Source: Psammoneis japonica
Lineage: Eukaryota
DNA: 64,000 nucleotides
NCBI GenBank assembly: GCA_008632985.1
Contig: QPGO01000039.1
Coordinates: 434,001 to 498,000, forward strand
Direction: 5' to 3'
This document shows, piece by piece, positions 25,969-37,860 of the stretch. The notes beneath the pieces were generated by a model, which had not been told where the DNA came from, searched no databases, and saw only the letters and a program-made list of their open reading frames with translations. A program made the position numbers and the translations under genes. The stretch's first letter is position 1, and each line of letters opens with the position of its first letter.

Positions 25969-27117
25969 TTAGGTCATGGTGGCATAACGGTCTTCACCAC
26001 CATCTTGAGCGGAAAGGTCCACCGAAGAACGTTCCAGTTTCTTGTGAAGCATCCAGGCATAGTATCCAAGACCACACGCGGCAAGAAGAAACAAAACCAT
26101 GAAGAAAATCAACCATCCATTTCCACCCTGTCCCTTGGATGCCTTTTCAAGCAATGGAAGAGTATCGTGAATGTAATCGCACGCCTTTTCGTTGGGGTAA
26201 AAGTAGTACGAGTTGACATCCTTGAGGTTCGATTCGCACTTTCCGGAAAGTTCGTAGCAACGCTCACAGAGCTCGGAGACTTCCTTTTCCTGGTAGGCAT
26301 TGTTGTAGCCATTGTTGTAACCGTTATTGTTCTGGTTCTGATCCACTTGGAGACACGAGATGCACTCGTCACCGACAATAGATTCCTTGGAGTACGGGAG
26401 GGAGTTTCCGTAATTCATGTTGGAGTAAATCTCGTTATCGACCGGAGTCGAGCATGTTTCATCCGAGAAGACTCCGAGATGAATCGATTTGGAGTCACTG
26501 GAGCAGTAGGGTCCAACAAAGTACTGGACATTGTTGTTTCCGTTTTGGTTCTCAATCTCGCGGCACTCAATGTATTCTTGAAGATTGAATTCTTCGCCAT
26601 TCTGGTTCTGAACACAGTAATTCAAACCGGCATCGCGATAACACTGGTTCTCGCACGCCTCGTCGTCATTGTAGTTATTGTTGCAATAACAATTCTCACG
26701 CACCATCTCGCACATGTACTCTTGCTCATCCATCTTGGCTTCCGTGTAGGCATCGACAAACTCGCGCATATCCACAATGTACTCACCGGCGTCCTTGCAT
26801 TTCGACGATGACGAGCACTCGCCGTGAGGGCAGAGATAGAACGACACGAGACGTTGCGTGTAGAGTGGATTGCCCTCTTCGGCATTCTGGGCACCCTCTT
26901 CGGCATACTGCGTCGTTTCGTGACAACCGGCAAAACGAATGTCATAGTCGGCAACCCAAATACCAACTTCGTTCGCGTCGCCACCTTCGAGCTGACGTGC
27001 TTTCTTCATGAGATTCTTGCCCAATGGAGAATCGGCAGATAACTTGCTAATGGCCGTGTCGGCGGCACTAGCCGAAGCAATGAGGGACGCAACAAGAACG
27101 CAAGAGCGAAACAACAT
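25969..27117 (-). CDS. Sin1: Silicanin-1-like silica-deposition-vesicle membrane protein
   Basis: Signal peptide, RxL processing motif (ARQLE), Cys-rich acidic N/Q-rich luminal region, single C-terminal TM helix and short cytosolic tail. Confidence 0.8.
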   Translation of the reverse strand: MLFRSCVLVASLIASASAADTAISKLSADSPLGKNLMKKARQLEGGDANEVGIWVADYDIRFAGCHETTQYAEEGAQNAEEGNPLYTQRLVSFYLCPHGECSSSSKCKDAGEYIVDMREFVDAYTEAKMDEQEYMCEMVRENCYCNNNYNDDEACENQCYRDAGLNYCVQNQNGEEFNLQEYIECREIENQNGNNNVQYFVGPYCSSDSKSIHLGVFSDETCSTPVDNEIYSNMNYGNSLPYSKESIVGDECISCLQVDQNQNNNGYNNGYNNAYQEKEVSELCERCYELSGKCESNLKDVNSYYFYPNEKACDYIHDTLPLLEKASKGQGGNGWLIFFMVLFLLAACGLGYYAWMLHKKLERSSVDLSAQDGGEDRYATMT

Positions 27118-27699
27118 GGTTGCAATATCAATTCAATCAAGAGAGAAAGTGTGAGATTTTTGTCGTCCACGGGAAAAATGATGGGATTTTTTGTGTCACG
27201 GTGAAAGCGTGCGTGGATCGCCAATGCGTTGCACAAATTTTCAATCGCCAAAAAATATTTGGAACCATAAATAAGCATTTAAAATTTGGCTATTAAAGAA
27301 GGATAAGTAGCTGAATATGATAAAAATTCAAAACGCAGATCGTCATGAATAGATTGGCGATATCAGAGATCCGTTGATGTAAAGGTATGAAGAAAGGACC
27401 ATAAAAGTATAGCATTCAAATGATATCCGGTAAATAATATTATATACAAATTTCGCTGGATCGCTTCCGTTCGGCGGCCTCGACGGTTAAATCCGGCGAA
27501 ACGATTCAAAAGCACATTCAATTTCTTCGAAACGAAAGATGGCATTGGATTCAAAAAAAGGCGAGACGTGAAAAGAGTATGGAATGTGTGTGTATGTAGA
27601 ATTATACGTGTAAATTGTACTGTGCTTTTGAAAAGATCTTGCTTGTGCGTGCGTCTGTCTATCAGCGGATCTTGCGTCTTTCCTTCTATCCGCGTGTCG

Positions 27700-29100
27700 C
27701 ATCGCTCGTCGATGCGACGCGCATCATCACAGATTCAGTTTGGACGTTGTTTTGACGACGTTGTGACGATCCATGTCGTGTGTTACAGCTCAAGGGCCAA
27801 ACAAGTCTTTTTTTTTTTAACAATGGCCACCTGTCAACAACAATGCCACACTGGCCACAAAACAGCTGGAAAGCACTTTTTTTGAGATGAGCTGGCCCTG
27901 GCGGCAAGCGGCAGATGAGACAGCAGAGATGGCAGCCAGCTTGGCTCACTTCGCTGTGTGTCATTGTGCATTGCTCACCTGCAGATTCATTTCAATCAAT
28001 GAAACACGAGCAAGACATGTTGTTCTTGTTTGAGGCTCTGGCCAACCAAAGCCCCCTCCTTCTTCCACATGCTATGGCTGCACCACACACTGTGCCCCTG
28101 CCTGCCCCCCTGGCTGGCTGGCCAAGACAGAAAACTTCTGCACTCAAGACCCGTAAGAGGTGGGTGCTCTCTGACTTGGAAAAGTGTGCCAAGGACATCA
28201 AAGGTGCCTCAGAATTAAGACAGCAGCACTCCCAGCTTGCTCATGATCTGGAACAAGAGAGCCGTGTTTTCTCCCCCACCCCGCCCATCATTCACCAGAG
28301 AGCTGCTTCCTCATGCTTCATGCTGTGCTGCACGCCTTTTTTGCTCATGACAGAAGATTCCATGCCACCATCCTCTGGTCTGATGATGATCTCCACAACA
28401 AGTTCATTGCCTCCAATGATGTGAGACACCTGCTTCTCCCTCTGGGCGCTGCTGTTGCTGATGCCACAATGCAAAACAAGGCATTGCTTGCATGAAGCAT
28501 CATTGAGCAACATGAAGAGCTGATGACCAGCAGTGTCTCTCCAAGCCAACAAATGCTCCATCGCCAACAGAGGAGTTGCCACACCCACTGGTCTTTCAGC
28601 CTGGCTGCTTCCCAATTCTGCAAGCAACTCATGATCAGGGCAGCTTGAAACTGAGCACAGCACACCATCCTCAAGAGGAGCAGAGGAGAGAGGTTTTGAT
28701 GTCTTCCAGAGTGTGGTGCTCAAGCAAGGTGTTTTAGCATGGCAGCAATCCAAACTGGAAAGTTCTTGTGGAAGATTGTGGTGACCTCCCAAACAACTTT
28801 TTAGAAATGACTTTAGCAGCTGTCTCATTGATTGCTCTCATCCTCCAATCTCACTGGGAAACAATGAGACAATGAAACAGCACATCTGCTTCAGCCATCT
28901 GCCAGCACTTGTGCAAGTGAAAGAAGTCAGGTGAAAGTGTGGACAATTGCTTCTGACAATGTGATGAAAAGGCACAAATGCAAAACCTGGTGCAAAGCAA
29001 TGGAAAGGCTCAACAAATGACAGACTCCTCATGTGCAGCAGCAACTGTCATCTTCTTTGGTGACAACACACCCTTGCATGTTTGTGGGCTTCTTGCCTTT
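27700..29100. pseudogene. Hypermutated block 2: small island with an unidentified decayed coding relic
   Basis: TpA/CpG-poor, TG/CA-rich sequence between two normal genes; interrupted + strand reading frames. Confidence 0.7.
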
Positions 29101-29368
29101 AGCGACGCCATGAATTGACAAATCATGACATTTCGTTCTGGGCAAATTACAAAAGGAATGCGTTGACCATAAAACAAGTTGTCGTAGTTACAGAGTGTTG
29201 GGCGAGTTCTAGGCAAATTACGAAAGAACACGTTGGGCTTGACAAATTAGCACAGTTTCAGGGTATTGGGCAAGCATTCATTGCGTCAAGCTGGACTGAC
29301 AAACACATTGGTTACCACACAGACTCGGCCCGGGCTACAATCCACAAATGAGAACTGTGGAAAAGCTG

Positions 29369-31845
29369 TCAATCATTCAATGCACTGTCCAGAGCCTCCA
29401 GCAAGTACTTTTTCCGCGCTTTCAGACCGGACTTCATGGACGAATCCTTAAATAACACTTCATTCCATTCCCAGCACGGCACAGACACAAGAGGGTAATC
29501 CTCTGCTCGTGCTTTCAAAAGCTGGCGATGTTTCAACATGGTGGACCCGGTTGGTGAACGGTCATTGCCAAAGCGACTCGGTCTATCTATCGCAATGCCA
29601 ACCTTTTTCCCTTGATAAGTCACAACGGCTTCGAGGCTGTAACCGATGCTCGTAATGACTTGTTCAGCGACATCGAGATCGAGCTCAGATACCAGTACAT
29701 TTACCACATCCTTTTGCAGTTCCGAAGGTTTGCCTTGTTGAGCCACAAACGCTTCACGACATTTTTGGAAAAAGTCTGAATCGAACTGCAAAGGAACACT
29801 GTGTTCTTGAAACCACAACTGAACTTGATAAAGTAGTCCAAGCTCTTCCGCTAAGAATAAGGAGGCTCTTGAATTACAAATTTCAACAAATTTGTTGTCA
29901 AGCAACTTGTCGCAACCATAATCAAAAACAGCAAACGCCCAAGCCGTGTTGGCGAGTTCCTTTGTCGAGAAGGTATCCCACTTATGAATCGATGCATCCG
30001 CAATAGCATCGAAAAGTAAAGGCGAAGAATACCCGATAGTAGCAAAAGCCCATGCTGTATTGGAAACGTCTTGTGAGTCAAACCTATCCAATTTTGGTAT
30101 TGCAGTGTTGGCTATGGCATCCAAAAGAAATGGTGCCGAATGTCCCATAGATGCAATCGCCCACGCAATATCAGCAAGGGCCCGCGGAGTGAACTGCTCC
30201 AACTTTTTTATTGACTTGCGCGCAATTGCGTCAAAAAGTACGGGCGACGAGTGGTCAGCCGTTGCAAATGCCCAAGCTGTATTGACTAGACCTTGTGAGT
30301 TGAATTCATCCAATATCCCAATGGATGCGTCCGCAATAGCATCAAAAAGTACCGGCGAAGAATGTCCGATAGTCGCAAAAGCCCAAACTGTATTGGCAAG
30401 GCTTTGGGCGGAAAAGCTGTCCACATTCCGAATGGATTTATCCGCAATCGCATCAAAAAGTGACAGCGAAGCGTGTCCCATACTTGCAAACGCCCAAGCC
30501 GTAGTTGAAATTCCCTGGGAACTAAACGTATCCAATTTTGCAATGGACTCGTTCGCGAGGGCGTCAAAGAGCTCGGGTGCAGCAGCGTGTCCAGCAGTAG
30601 CAAATGCCCATGCTGTATTGGCTAGTCCTTGTGAGTTGAACCGATCCATTGTCAAAACAGATGCGTTGGAAATAGCGTCAAACAGCACCGGCGACGAATG
30701 CCCAATCGTTGCAAAAGCCCAAACAGTATTGGCAAGCTCTTGTTGGTTGAAGTCTTTCAATTTCGGCATTGACACGTCAGCAATAGCGTCAAAGAGCAAC
30801 GGTGACGGATGCCCAATTGTTGCAAAAGACCAGACTGTATTGGCCAGGTTTTGAGTGTTGAATTCATCCAGCTTTTGTATGGATGCATCCGCAATAGTGT
30901 CAAACAGCAATGGAGACGAAAATCCAAGAGTTGCAAAAGCCCAGACTAAATTGGCAAGTTCCTGGGGTTTGAATGCATCAACTTTCTGAATGGATGCGTC
31001 TGCGATTGCGTCAAACAGCAGCCAACATGACGATGATTGTCCCGTTGTGGTGGCAAATGCCCAAGCCGTATTGGCCAGGCTTTGGGGGGTAAAGTCGTTT
31101 ATGGTTGCAATGGAAGCTGCAGCCAAGTGCTCGAAAAGCTTAGTAGAGGGATGCCTTACTTTTGCAAAAGCCCACGCGGTCCTTGCTATATCGGCTTGAG
31201 CGAGATTGCATGCTAGCAGTCGTTTTCCAATTGTTTCCAAATTTCGGAACCAAAATCAAAGGTACTGGATAGCTTTGCAAGGCCATTTGCAATAGAGCCA
31301 AGCGATTCCGGGGAAAACACGTCTACATCCTGCATGGTGCGTTGAAGCAATCGTTGTATCGCTTTTTCGTTGCTTTGAAAGTTTATTCGCTCCGTCCTGT
31401 TTCTTGATACGATTGCTGCGATGCGATTCCAACAAAGTGACACATCCTTTGGGCTCATCTTGTCGCCGTTGTCATCGCACAGGTCAAGCACGTCCTTGAC
31501 TCTGTTGATGGTTCGAAGATTCGGAAGTCTCCAACGTTGGTTCTTGTTGTTACTGCTGCGACGTTGCGTAGGTGGTAAGGGTGTCTCCAGTGTCACAAGA
31601 TTGCGTTTCGTGACGACATCATCTCGCGCAAAGGGGGCGTTCGTATGTGCTCTTCTAAACACCAACTGCACGTTAAAACTTTGACAAACATCATGGTGGT
31701 CGTTTCCAAAATAACATCGACAGCCAATCGGTGCGAATCCAACAACAAGCTCCGACCGCAACGTCCGTCGTGCCCTCGCAGTCCCCATTTCTTGCGGTCC
31801 GCGGTGCTGCACGACCTTTTTCAAAAAGTTTTGGATCATGAACAT
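29369..31845 (-). CDS. RAP-domain 37-aa-repeat protein, paralog 3 (frameshift near 31235; altered RAP motif)
   Basis: N-terminal NQRWRLPNLR...MSPKDVSLCWNRIA shared with the paralogs; 623-aa repeat ORF; RAP region reads YSLEA...IAIDRPSRF. Start codon uncertain. Confidence 0.88.
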
Positions 31846-32593
31846 GTCTTTTTTGCTTCCGGTGCTGTGGCACTTACTCGTAATAGGAGAGAGAAATCTG
31901 ATCGCATGCCAAAGGTCAAGGTCCCCCCCATCCCATTTTGTGATCTTGAAAGTGTGAGAACGTCGTCGAGAGAATGTCCGCTTGTCCGATAAAATATGAG
32001 GGGCGGCATGCGGACCACGACCAGACACGCAGATTAGCTTTGTTAGTTGTGGCGGGAAAATGAAATATGATAATCGTAATATATATGATTTGATTAACGT
32101 GCGTGACGTTACATACTTTCATAAGTAGCTTGATAAGATCAATATCGATTCACGCTTACAATCTGCATCGTCACGATTGGCTGTGACACTCAAGGTCAAA
32201 TGAACATATACAATATTTTAGTCGAAACATTATGTTGTCTCCTTAAGTACGCAGAAACACAGTACGTTTCAATTGCGCTTTTCGGCATTGGCCTTTCCAA
32301 AATTCGGGGGTGTCAGAATCTCCCGTAGCGTTCTACGTAACGGTTCGGTTTTTACTCCGATGCATCACCAAACATGCCGAAACATTCATCGGGCGGAGGC
32401 GGGAAAAGCTCTTTGTTGTGTCAACGACGCGCACACTTTGTATTGCACCGTGTGGACGACGAGCATAAAACGCAACGAGACGGTGGTCATTGTTTTATAG
32501 ACACAAGAGTCTCCTTGATTTGCTTCTAAAGAGTCAAATCACTCGCTGTGTTTTCGTCAATCGCAATTTTGTTCGTTTATAGGGGTTCGCATC

Positions 32594-32971
32594 ATGGATT
32601 ACAAAGGCGCCGCTCAATTTCTCAAGGAGTTTCATCTCGATTTGCATCGCTCCAAGAGCTTTCGATTGGATGTCATTGACGAGGCACTCGATGCCACGTT
32701 TGAAGGCTCCGCCAACAAGCCCCGTCGTTCTGCTCTACGAAAAGAACGAGCCTCGACGTGTCTTTCTTCGCTCGTTGTTTCCGAAGAGCAACCGGATGAG
32801 GAATCATCGACCAATGCAGCCGATCGGATGATTCACACAAACGAAGAGTGGGGACACTTTATCGTGTACAAGGACACGGTGTCACCTTCGAATCAACGAA
32901 AACGATCTCGGACGATTGTTTGGAAGCAACCCAAGAGGTCTCGATCTGCGATGACGCAAGCTACTCCCTAA
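32594..32971 (+). CDS. Hypothetical 125-aa protein
   Basis: ATG-initiated ORF with normal composition; EEWGHFI motif; no family recognised. Confidence 0.55.
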   Translation: MDYKGAAQFLKEFHLDLHRSKSFRLDVIDEALDATFEGSANKPRRSALRKERASTCLSSLVVSEEQPDEESSTNAADRMIHTNEEWGHFIVYKDTVSPSNQRKRSRTIVWKQPKRSRSAMTQATP

Positions 32972-33179
32972 AAGAAGCTCTCTACAAAACCACACACGCC
33001 GTATTCGCCATAGCTATGCTATATACCAATGCCAAGCAAACGAGGCTATACTCCTTGTCCATAAATCTCTTCCGCGCTGCAATATCAAATCATATCGCTG
33101 CTGATATTCTACTATACTGTACATATAAAGTAGAACCTTTTTGTTCATAAGTCTCTAGCTCTTCATCGTTTTGTGCTAC

Positions 33180-34374
33180 CTATTCTTCCTTTTGTTTCGG
33201 TCTTGAACACACCCTGCGTACAAGAAACATTGCCATGATTATCAAGGCTAAAAGCAGTACAGCAGCGATACCGATAATGTGGCCCAAGTACCCCCACAAG
33301 AGTTGTGGAGGAGGAGCCTGATGAAGAATCGAATCGTCTCCCGAGCACAGCGATTCAAGGACAAAATCCAACAACTCGGATTCATTCCGTACAACGTGCG
33401 GGACTTGTACCCAATTGGAGTCATTCAATGGCATTTCGTAGGAATGTTCCAATATAGTCATGGCCGAATCGTTGCAGTCAGACAGAGTCGTCGTAGTAAC
33501 ATTGCACAAGTCAACGCGGTGATAGTTCCATTCCTCAAAGAACAAACGAGGTTCCAGTACGGCAAGGAGTGCCACAACATCCCATGGAATAAAGCCATTT
33601 CGTAGTAGATTGGGGCTTGGCTTGACTGTCGTGGATTTTGCAAATTTTCGCGAGACGGCTCGATTGACCAGTCGCGGCATGCATTTTAGTTGTAGTTTCA
33701 TTTTGGGCAAGAGTGCGCAGGCGTCTGATTGGGGACAGCACCTTGTTTCAAATTTATTCAACCACTCGTTTGTGACAATGACTTGTCCACACGTTTGGAT
33801 TGGAACCATAATGGTTGGAACATTGGCTTGCAACACAATGCGAGCGGCTCGACGATCCAACAAGAAATTCAAATCCAAGGTCGATTGCGTCATTTCTCCA
33901 CCCATCACAATGACTTGTTTCAAATATTGTGGCAACCACGGTGCCAATTCAAAGGCTCGAGCCAAGTTACTACAAGGTCCCAACATGAGTATGGATAACG
34001 ATTTGGTGGGAGCGATTGGGCAGCATCAATCATGGCGAGCGCCGCGTCGTCGGAATCGGCCATGTCGGGTGAAAGGAAATTGAATAGTCTCAAGACTTTC
34101 GATTTCAATGGCATCATGGATCTCCATCCTCGACCAAGATGAACTTTGGGTAGCTCTGTGTGTTTCTGTAACAAATTAATGTTGTCTCTAGTGTGTTTTA
34201 GAGGTGCGTTTCCTCCACAATACTCATGCCCACAAGCTGGCGTGGCGAGAGTAGTAGTTTGAGAGCGAGAAGGATTGCCAAGTCATCGTCACAGTCCAGA
34301 CCTGTCCACGTCAGTCCACTCGGATCCGCATCAATCCACAAGAGTAGATCCTTGTTGTTTGACGATGCCATCAT
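33180..34374 (-). CDS. Inosine/uridine-preferring nucleoside hydrolase family protein with C-terminal TM helix (frameshifted)
   Basis: WIDADPSG...DCDDDLAILLAL Asp motif, LGPCSNLARA, VIVMGG, DLNF..D..AA..VL, IPWDVVAL; hydrophobic C-terminus. Split over three ORFs. Confidence 0.85.
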
Positions 34375-34893
34375 GGCGAGACAAGGATGCGCAGAAACTT
34401 TTTGCACCCCGAGTCTCAACTTCGCTCACAACCACGAATTAAAGATAAATGGGGCTTCATACAAGACACAGTGTCTCGAAACGTGTAATAGATGAGAAGC
34501 GTTGACACTGTCAGGCGGGTTGTTATGATGACAGAAAACTGTCATGGCGGGAGGGAGCTTTGAGCTCATCATCATTCAATCATCAGTCGTTTTCGAAAAT
34601 TCAGTGACGTCACATGCGCGATCAGACGGCAGTCGGAATCCCGCCGCCGCGACGATGATGGATGAGAGCTGCCGTTCGACGGTCCCTTCACCCCATTAGT
34701 GGCAACGTTCTTTCTTGATTTGCATACTGTAGTCCCAGCGAAGTGCAATCGGATAGTAACTGGTTGCTCTTATTTTTGTCTCTGAGCTTCGATCTCCGCG
34801 CTCCCAAAAATACAGTAGTAATGTGATGGGCGACGTCAAAAACTTCCCTCCGACAAAATACAGTAACACCCCAATCTTCTCATTGCAATTTAA

Positions 34894-35319
34894 ATGCACT
34901 ACGCATTATTTGTAACTTTATTTGCTTCTCTAATAAGCATGCCTTTATCCGTCTGGAAAGTGAGACAGGTGTCAACCGGTCTTTTCTCTAGGGGAGGTGT
35001 GGATGCTACGTTTGACGACAAGGGCCGAGAGTTTACGCGACGCGTTGGTGCAAAGGGACACATGTTTCATTGGATGTATGGCTTTTCGGCTGACTCAGAT
35101 GGAATACGACGATTTCACTTGCGACAAGGACGAGAGCACAAACACATTGAGGCTGTGGAACTCGACGCCACCAATGGCAAGGAATTGCAGTGTGTCAAGT
35201 TTGAAGATATGTTTACCAAGAACCAGTTACTCAATAAGGATGAGAGAAGTCTCGAGGTCTATCACCAGCTGAGGTTGCCCGCGAGAAAAGAAAGAAATAT
35301 TGAGTACTGTACGCGCTAG
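34894..35319 (+). CDS. Hypothetical protein
   Basis: 141-aa ORF with protein-like composition; no recognised motif; start uncertain. Confidence 0.35.
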   Translation: MHYALFVTLFASLISMPLSVWKVRQVSTGLFSRGGVDATFDDKGREFTRRVGAKGHMFHWMYGFSADSDGIRRFHLRQGREHKHIEAVELDATNGKELQCVKFEDMFTKNQLLNKDERSLEVYHQLRLPARKERNIEYCTR

Positions 35320-35565
35320 GTACGGCTGATATCACGCTGCTACAACTTCATCGGACGCTGTACGTGTAGAATGCTGTACATTACTCGAGCCCGACGCACT
35401 TTCGCTCAATCTGAATCTTTGATCAGCTTTTCACTATACTTACTGCACAACCTAAGGATTCAATAGATCAATCATTCCTCTTACTAAATACTCTATTCGA
35501 TGTTAACTCGCAAAAACACGTCCGACAGAGAGCAAAACTGGACTGTAGTGCCTTCAGCGAGTTCA

Positions 35566-36405
35566 TCAATCTTCAAAGGGAATGTAATCCATCATGTTGT
35601 TTGCTCCACCCGGAATCTTGAAAACGAGACCATCCAATTCGGGAGTAAGAACAATTTGACAGCCCAATCGAGACGTTCGAGTTGGTTCATATGCCAAATC
35701 AATCATGTCTTGTTCGGCATCGGACGGCTTGCCCACCTTGTCGAACCACTCTGGATCAATCACGACATGACACGTCGAACACGCCATGATTCCACTGCAG
35801 GCACATTCAATAAATTCACTCATTAATTCATTGTTGTGATTTTTGTGTTTTTTCTCATCGGCAACTCCACCAAAACGAGCCACATCCGTCAATGTCATGC
35901 CCTCAAACGCTTGCACGCGGTACTTTTGATCCGACGTGGGTGGAACGCAATAAAATGACACTTTTTGTTTTCCTTCCGTTCTTGCCAGCTCTTGTCCGAC
36001 GGAATGTATCAAATCTTCCAATCCACCGTCTTCACCTACTTCGACCCGTCCCGACAAGGTTTTCAGAGTGGAGAGTAGAGCCGTTCCCGACAAGCCACTC
36101 GCTGTCAGCGCATCCACCACGCCCTTGGCAATTCGTTCCGAGTGTCCCAAGGATTGAATAAATTCCATTGCAATATTTTTTGGATCTTCCAATGATGAGG
36201 ATGATTCTAATGTTGTAGAAAGAGAATCATCACTATTACCTGCGCTGCTGTTGCTGCTATTGTATCGTTTCACTAGAACGATACGGTCGGATGCCACTTT
36301 GTTCTGGAACGAAATCATTGTTGAAGCTTTTACTACGACTCTTTGTCTTGCTCTTGATAAAGCTAATCTCCCCAATAAGAATCTACTTGATTGGAACAGC
36401 GACAT
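35566..36405 (-). CDS. Mitochondrial adrenodoxin-type [2Fe-2S] ferredoxin with N-terminal extension
   Basis: CACSGIMACSTCHV...EQDMIDLA...SRLGCQ; Arg/Ser-rich presequence from MSLFQSSR. Confidence 0.92.
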   Translation of the reverse strand: MSLFQSSRFLLGRLALSRARQRVVVKASTMISFQNKVASDRIVLVKRYNSSNSSAGNSDDSLSTTLESSSSLEDPKNIAMEFIQSLGHSERIAKGVVDALTASGLSGTALLSTLKTLSGRVEVGEDGGLEDLIHSVGQELARTEGKQKVSFYCVPPTSDQKYRVQAFEGMTLTDVARFGGVADEKKHKNHNNELMSEFIECACSGIMACSTCHVVIDPEWFDKVGKPSDAEQDMIDLAYEPTRTSRLGCQIVLTPELDGLVFKIPGGANNMMDYIPFED

Positions 36406-36686
36406 GCTTATCTCTCTCGCCAGAAGCAGTGTTGGTAGGTAAATAACAGGGAGACAACGTGCAACGCGCAAAGTTCAACACAGAAAGTGGTTCGATTATT
36501 ATTTGCGCGCACGCTGCTGCGCACCGTCAATGATGATTCACTCAATGATTGCCTCATCGCATACATGCGGACGTCAGCTCCTGTTTAGTGGACGATTTTA
36601 TTCAAACGACGCTGTGGAATAAGCTTGAGTGAGCAACCAGTGTATAGGATTGAAGATATATTCGTATACTCCTATTGTTGATTGTC

Positions 36687-37214
36687 ATGAAGGCAATTTT
36701 AATTCTTTTGTTTGTTCTGTCGCGTTTGATGCTTGGTGATGCTTTGACATCACCGACGACAAAGACTACAACAACTACTGGAATCATCACTACTCAACAA
36801 CGGACAATGGTATCGAGGCGACCAGTTCTGCTTTCATCTATTCCATTCATCAGTTTTGGTGCCTTATTGTTTCCAAATACTCATAGTTTAGCTTTGGATA
36901 TGGATGCCTTTGCCAATCGCGAATTACAAAAAGACAAAACACCCACAAATGATAAACAATTATCGGACGACGAATCACTCTGTCGATTCGGACAACCAAG
37001 TAAAGAACGAGGAGATGCCTGTGTACGAGCAGGCATGTCAACTCAATTGAAAAAGGGAGGAGTGGATGCCTATGGTCGTGTCGATCGTGGAGATTTTGTA
37101 CGATGTAAGGTCTTTTATGGAGATCGAAACGGGAAATATGTTAGAATGCGACAGTGTGATGATGGAGGACCGCCGGTGGAACTTGAATATAGTTTTTTGT
37201 TTTTTGGATCATGA
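36687..37214 (+). CDS. Probable plastid (thylakoid-lumen) protein with Cys-containing domain
   Basis: Signal peptide, Thr-rich transit region, SRR + hydrophobic stretch + SLA cleavage-like site, mature ALDMDAF...; four Cys. Confidence 0.7.
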   Translation: MKAILILLFVLSRLMLGDALTSPTTKTTTTTGIITTQQRTMVSRRPVLLSSIPFISFGALLFPNTHSLALDMDAFANRELQKDKTPTNDKQLSDDESLCRFGQPSKERGDACVRAGMSTQLKKGGVDAYGRVDRGDFVRCKVFYGDRNGKYVRMRQCDDGGPPVELEYSFLFFGS

Positions 37215-37860
37215 TGAGGTGTGCTTTTCTTCTCTATAGATTTTTGTTGGATTTCAAGAATGAATCGTTGTCGATTTTGGGACCAGCGGCTTGTGAAAAG
37301 CTGTGGTTGGTTCAATTTTATTGTACGTTACTCCTGAAATCGTGTCAGGAACTCTGGGTAAAGCTCTATAAATCTCCTCATGCAGAATCTCCGTCTAAAA
37401 CTCATAATATGTTATGATTGCTTGCTTGAATCGAAAAAACATAACTTGAAATGTTAGGAACCGGGCGCCACAAAAGGCTCAAATTTTCCTAAAGATCGTC
37501 CACTTGACGGTGCTGTGCTACTGTATAAAGGAGAAGGCAAAGTCAGAACAAACTCACACGTTCACTGTTCACAACAAAATGACAAGAAAAAGTAGACGAA
37601 TCACAGCCAGGATTTGGAAAAAAACGGAATGTTGTAGGGGCCTTGTAGAGAGAGCGCCGCGGCAGTCCTCACCCGCGCAAATGTGGGACGATAGCGCCGC
37701 TACATCGATTTGGATCGATATCACCGCATGTGCGCAACTTTACGTTCTAGATTCTAGTAGGTAGCTCGCTTTCGAGTCGACAGTGGTCTCGTCAGAAAAT
37801 GTCCAACTATAGCAAAGATTGTAATAGCGACTTTTAAATCTTGGGCTCACACTGTCTTTT

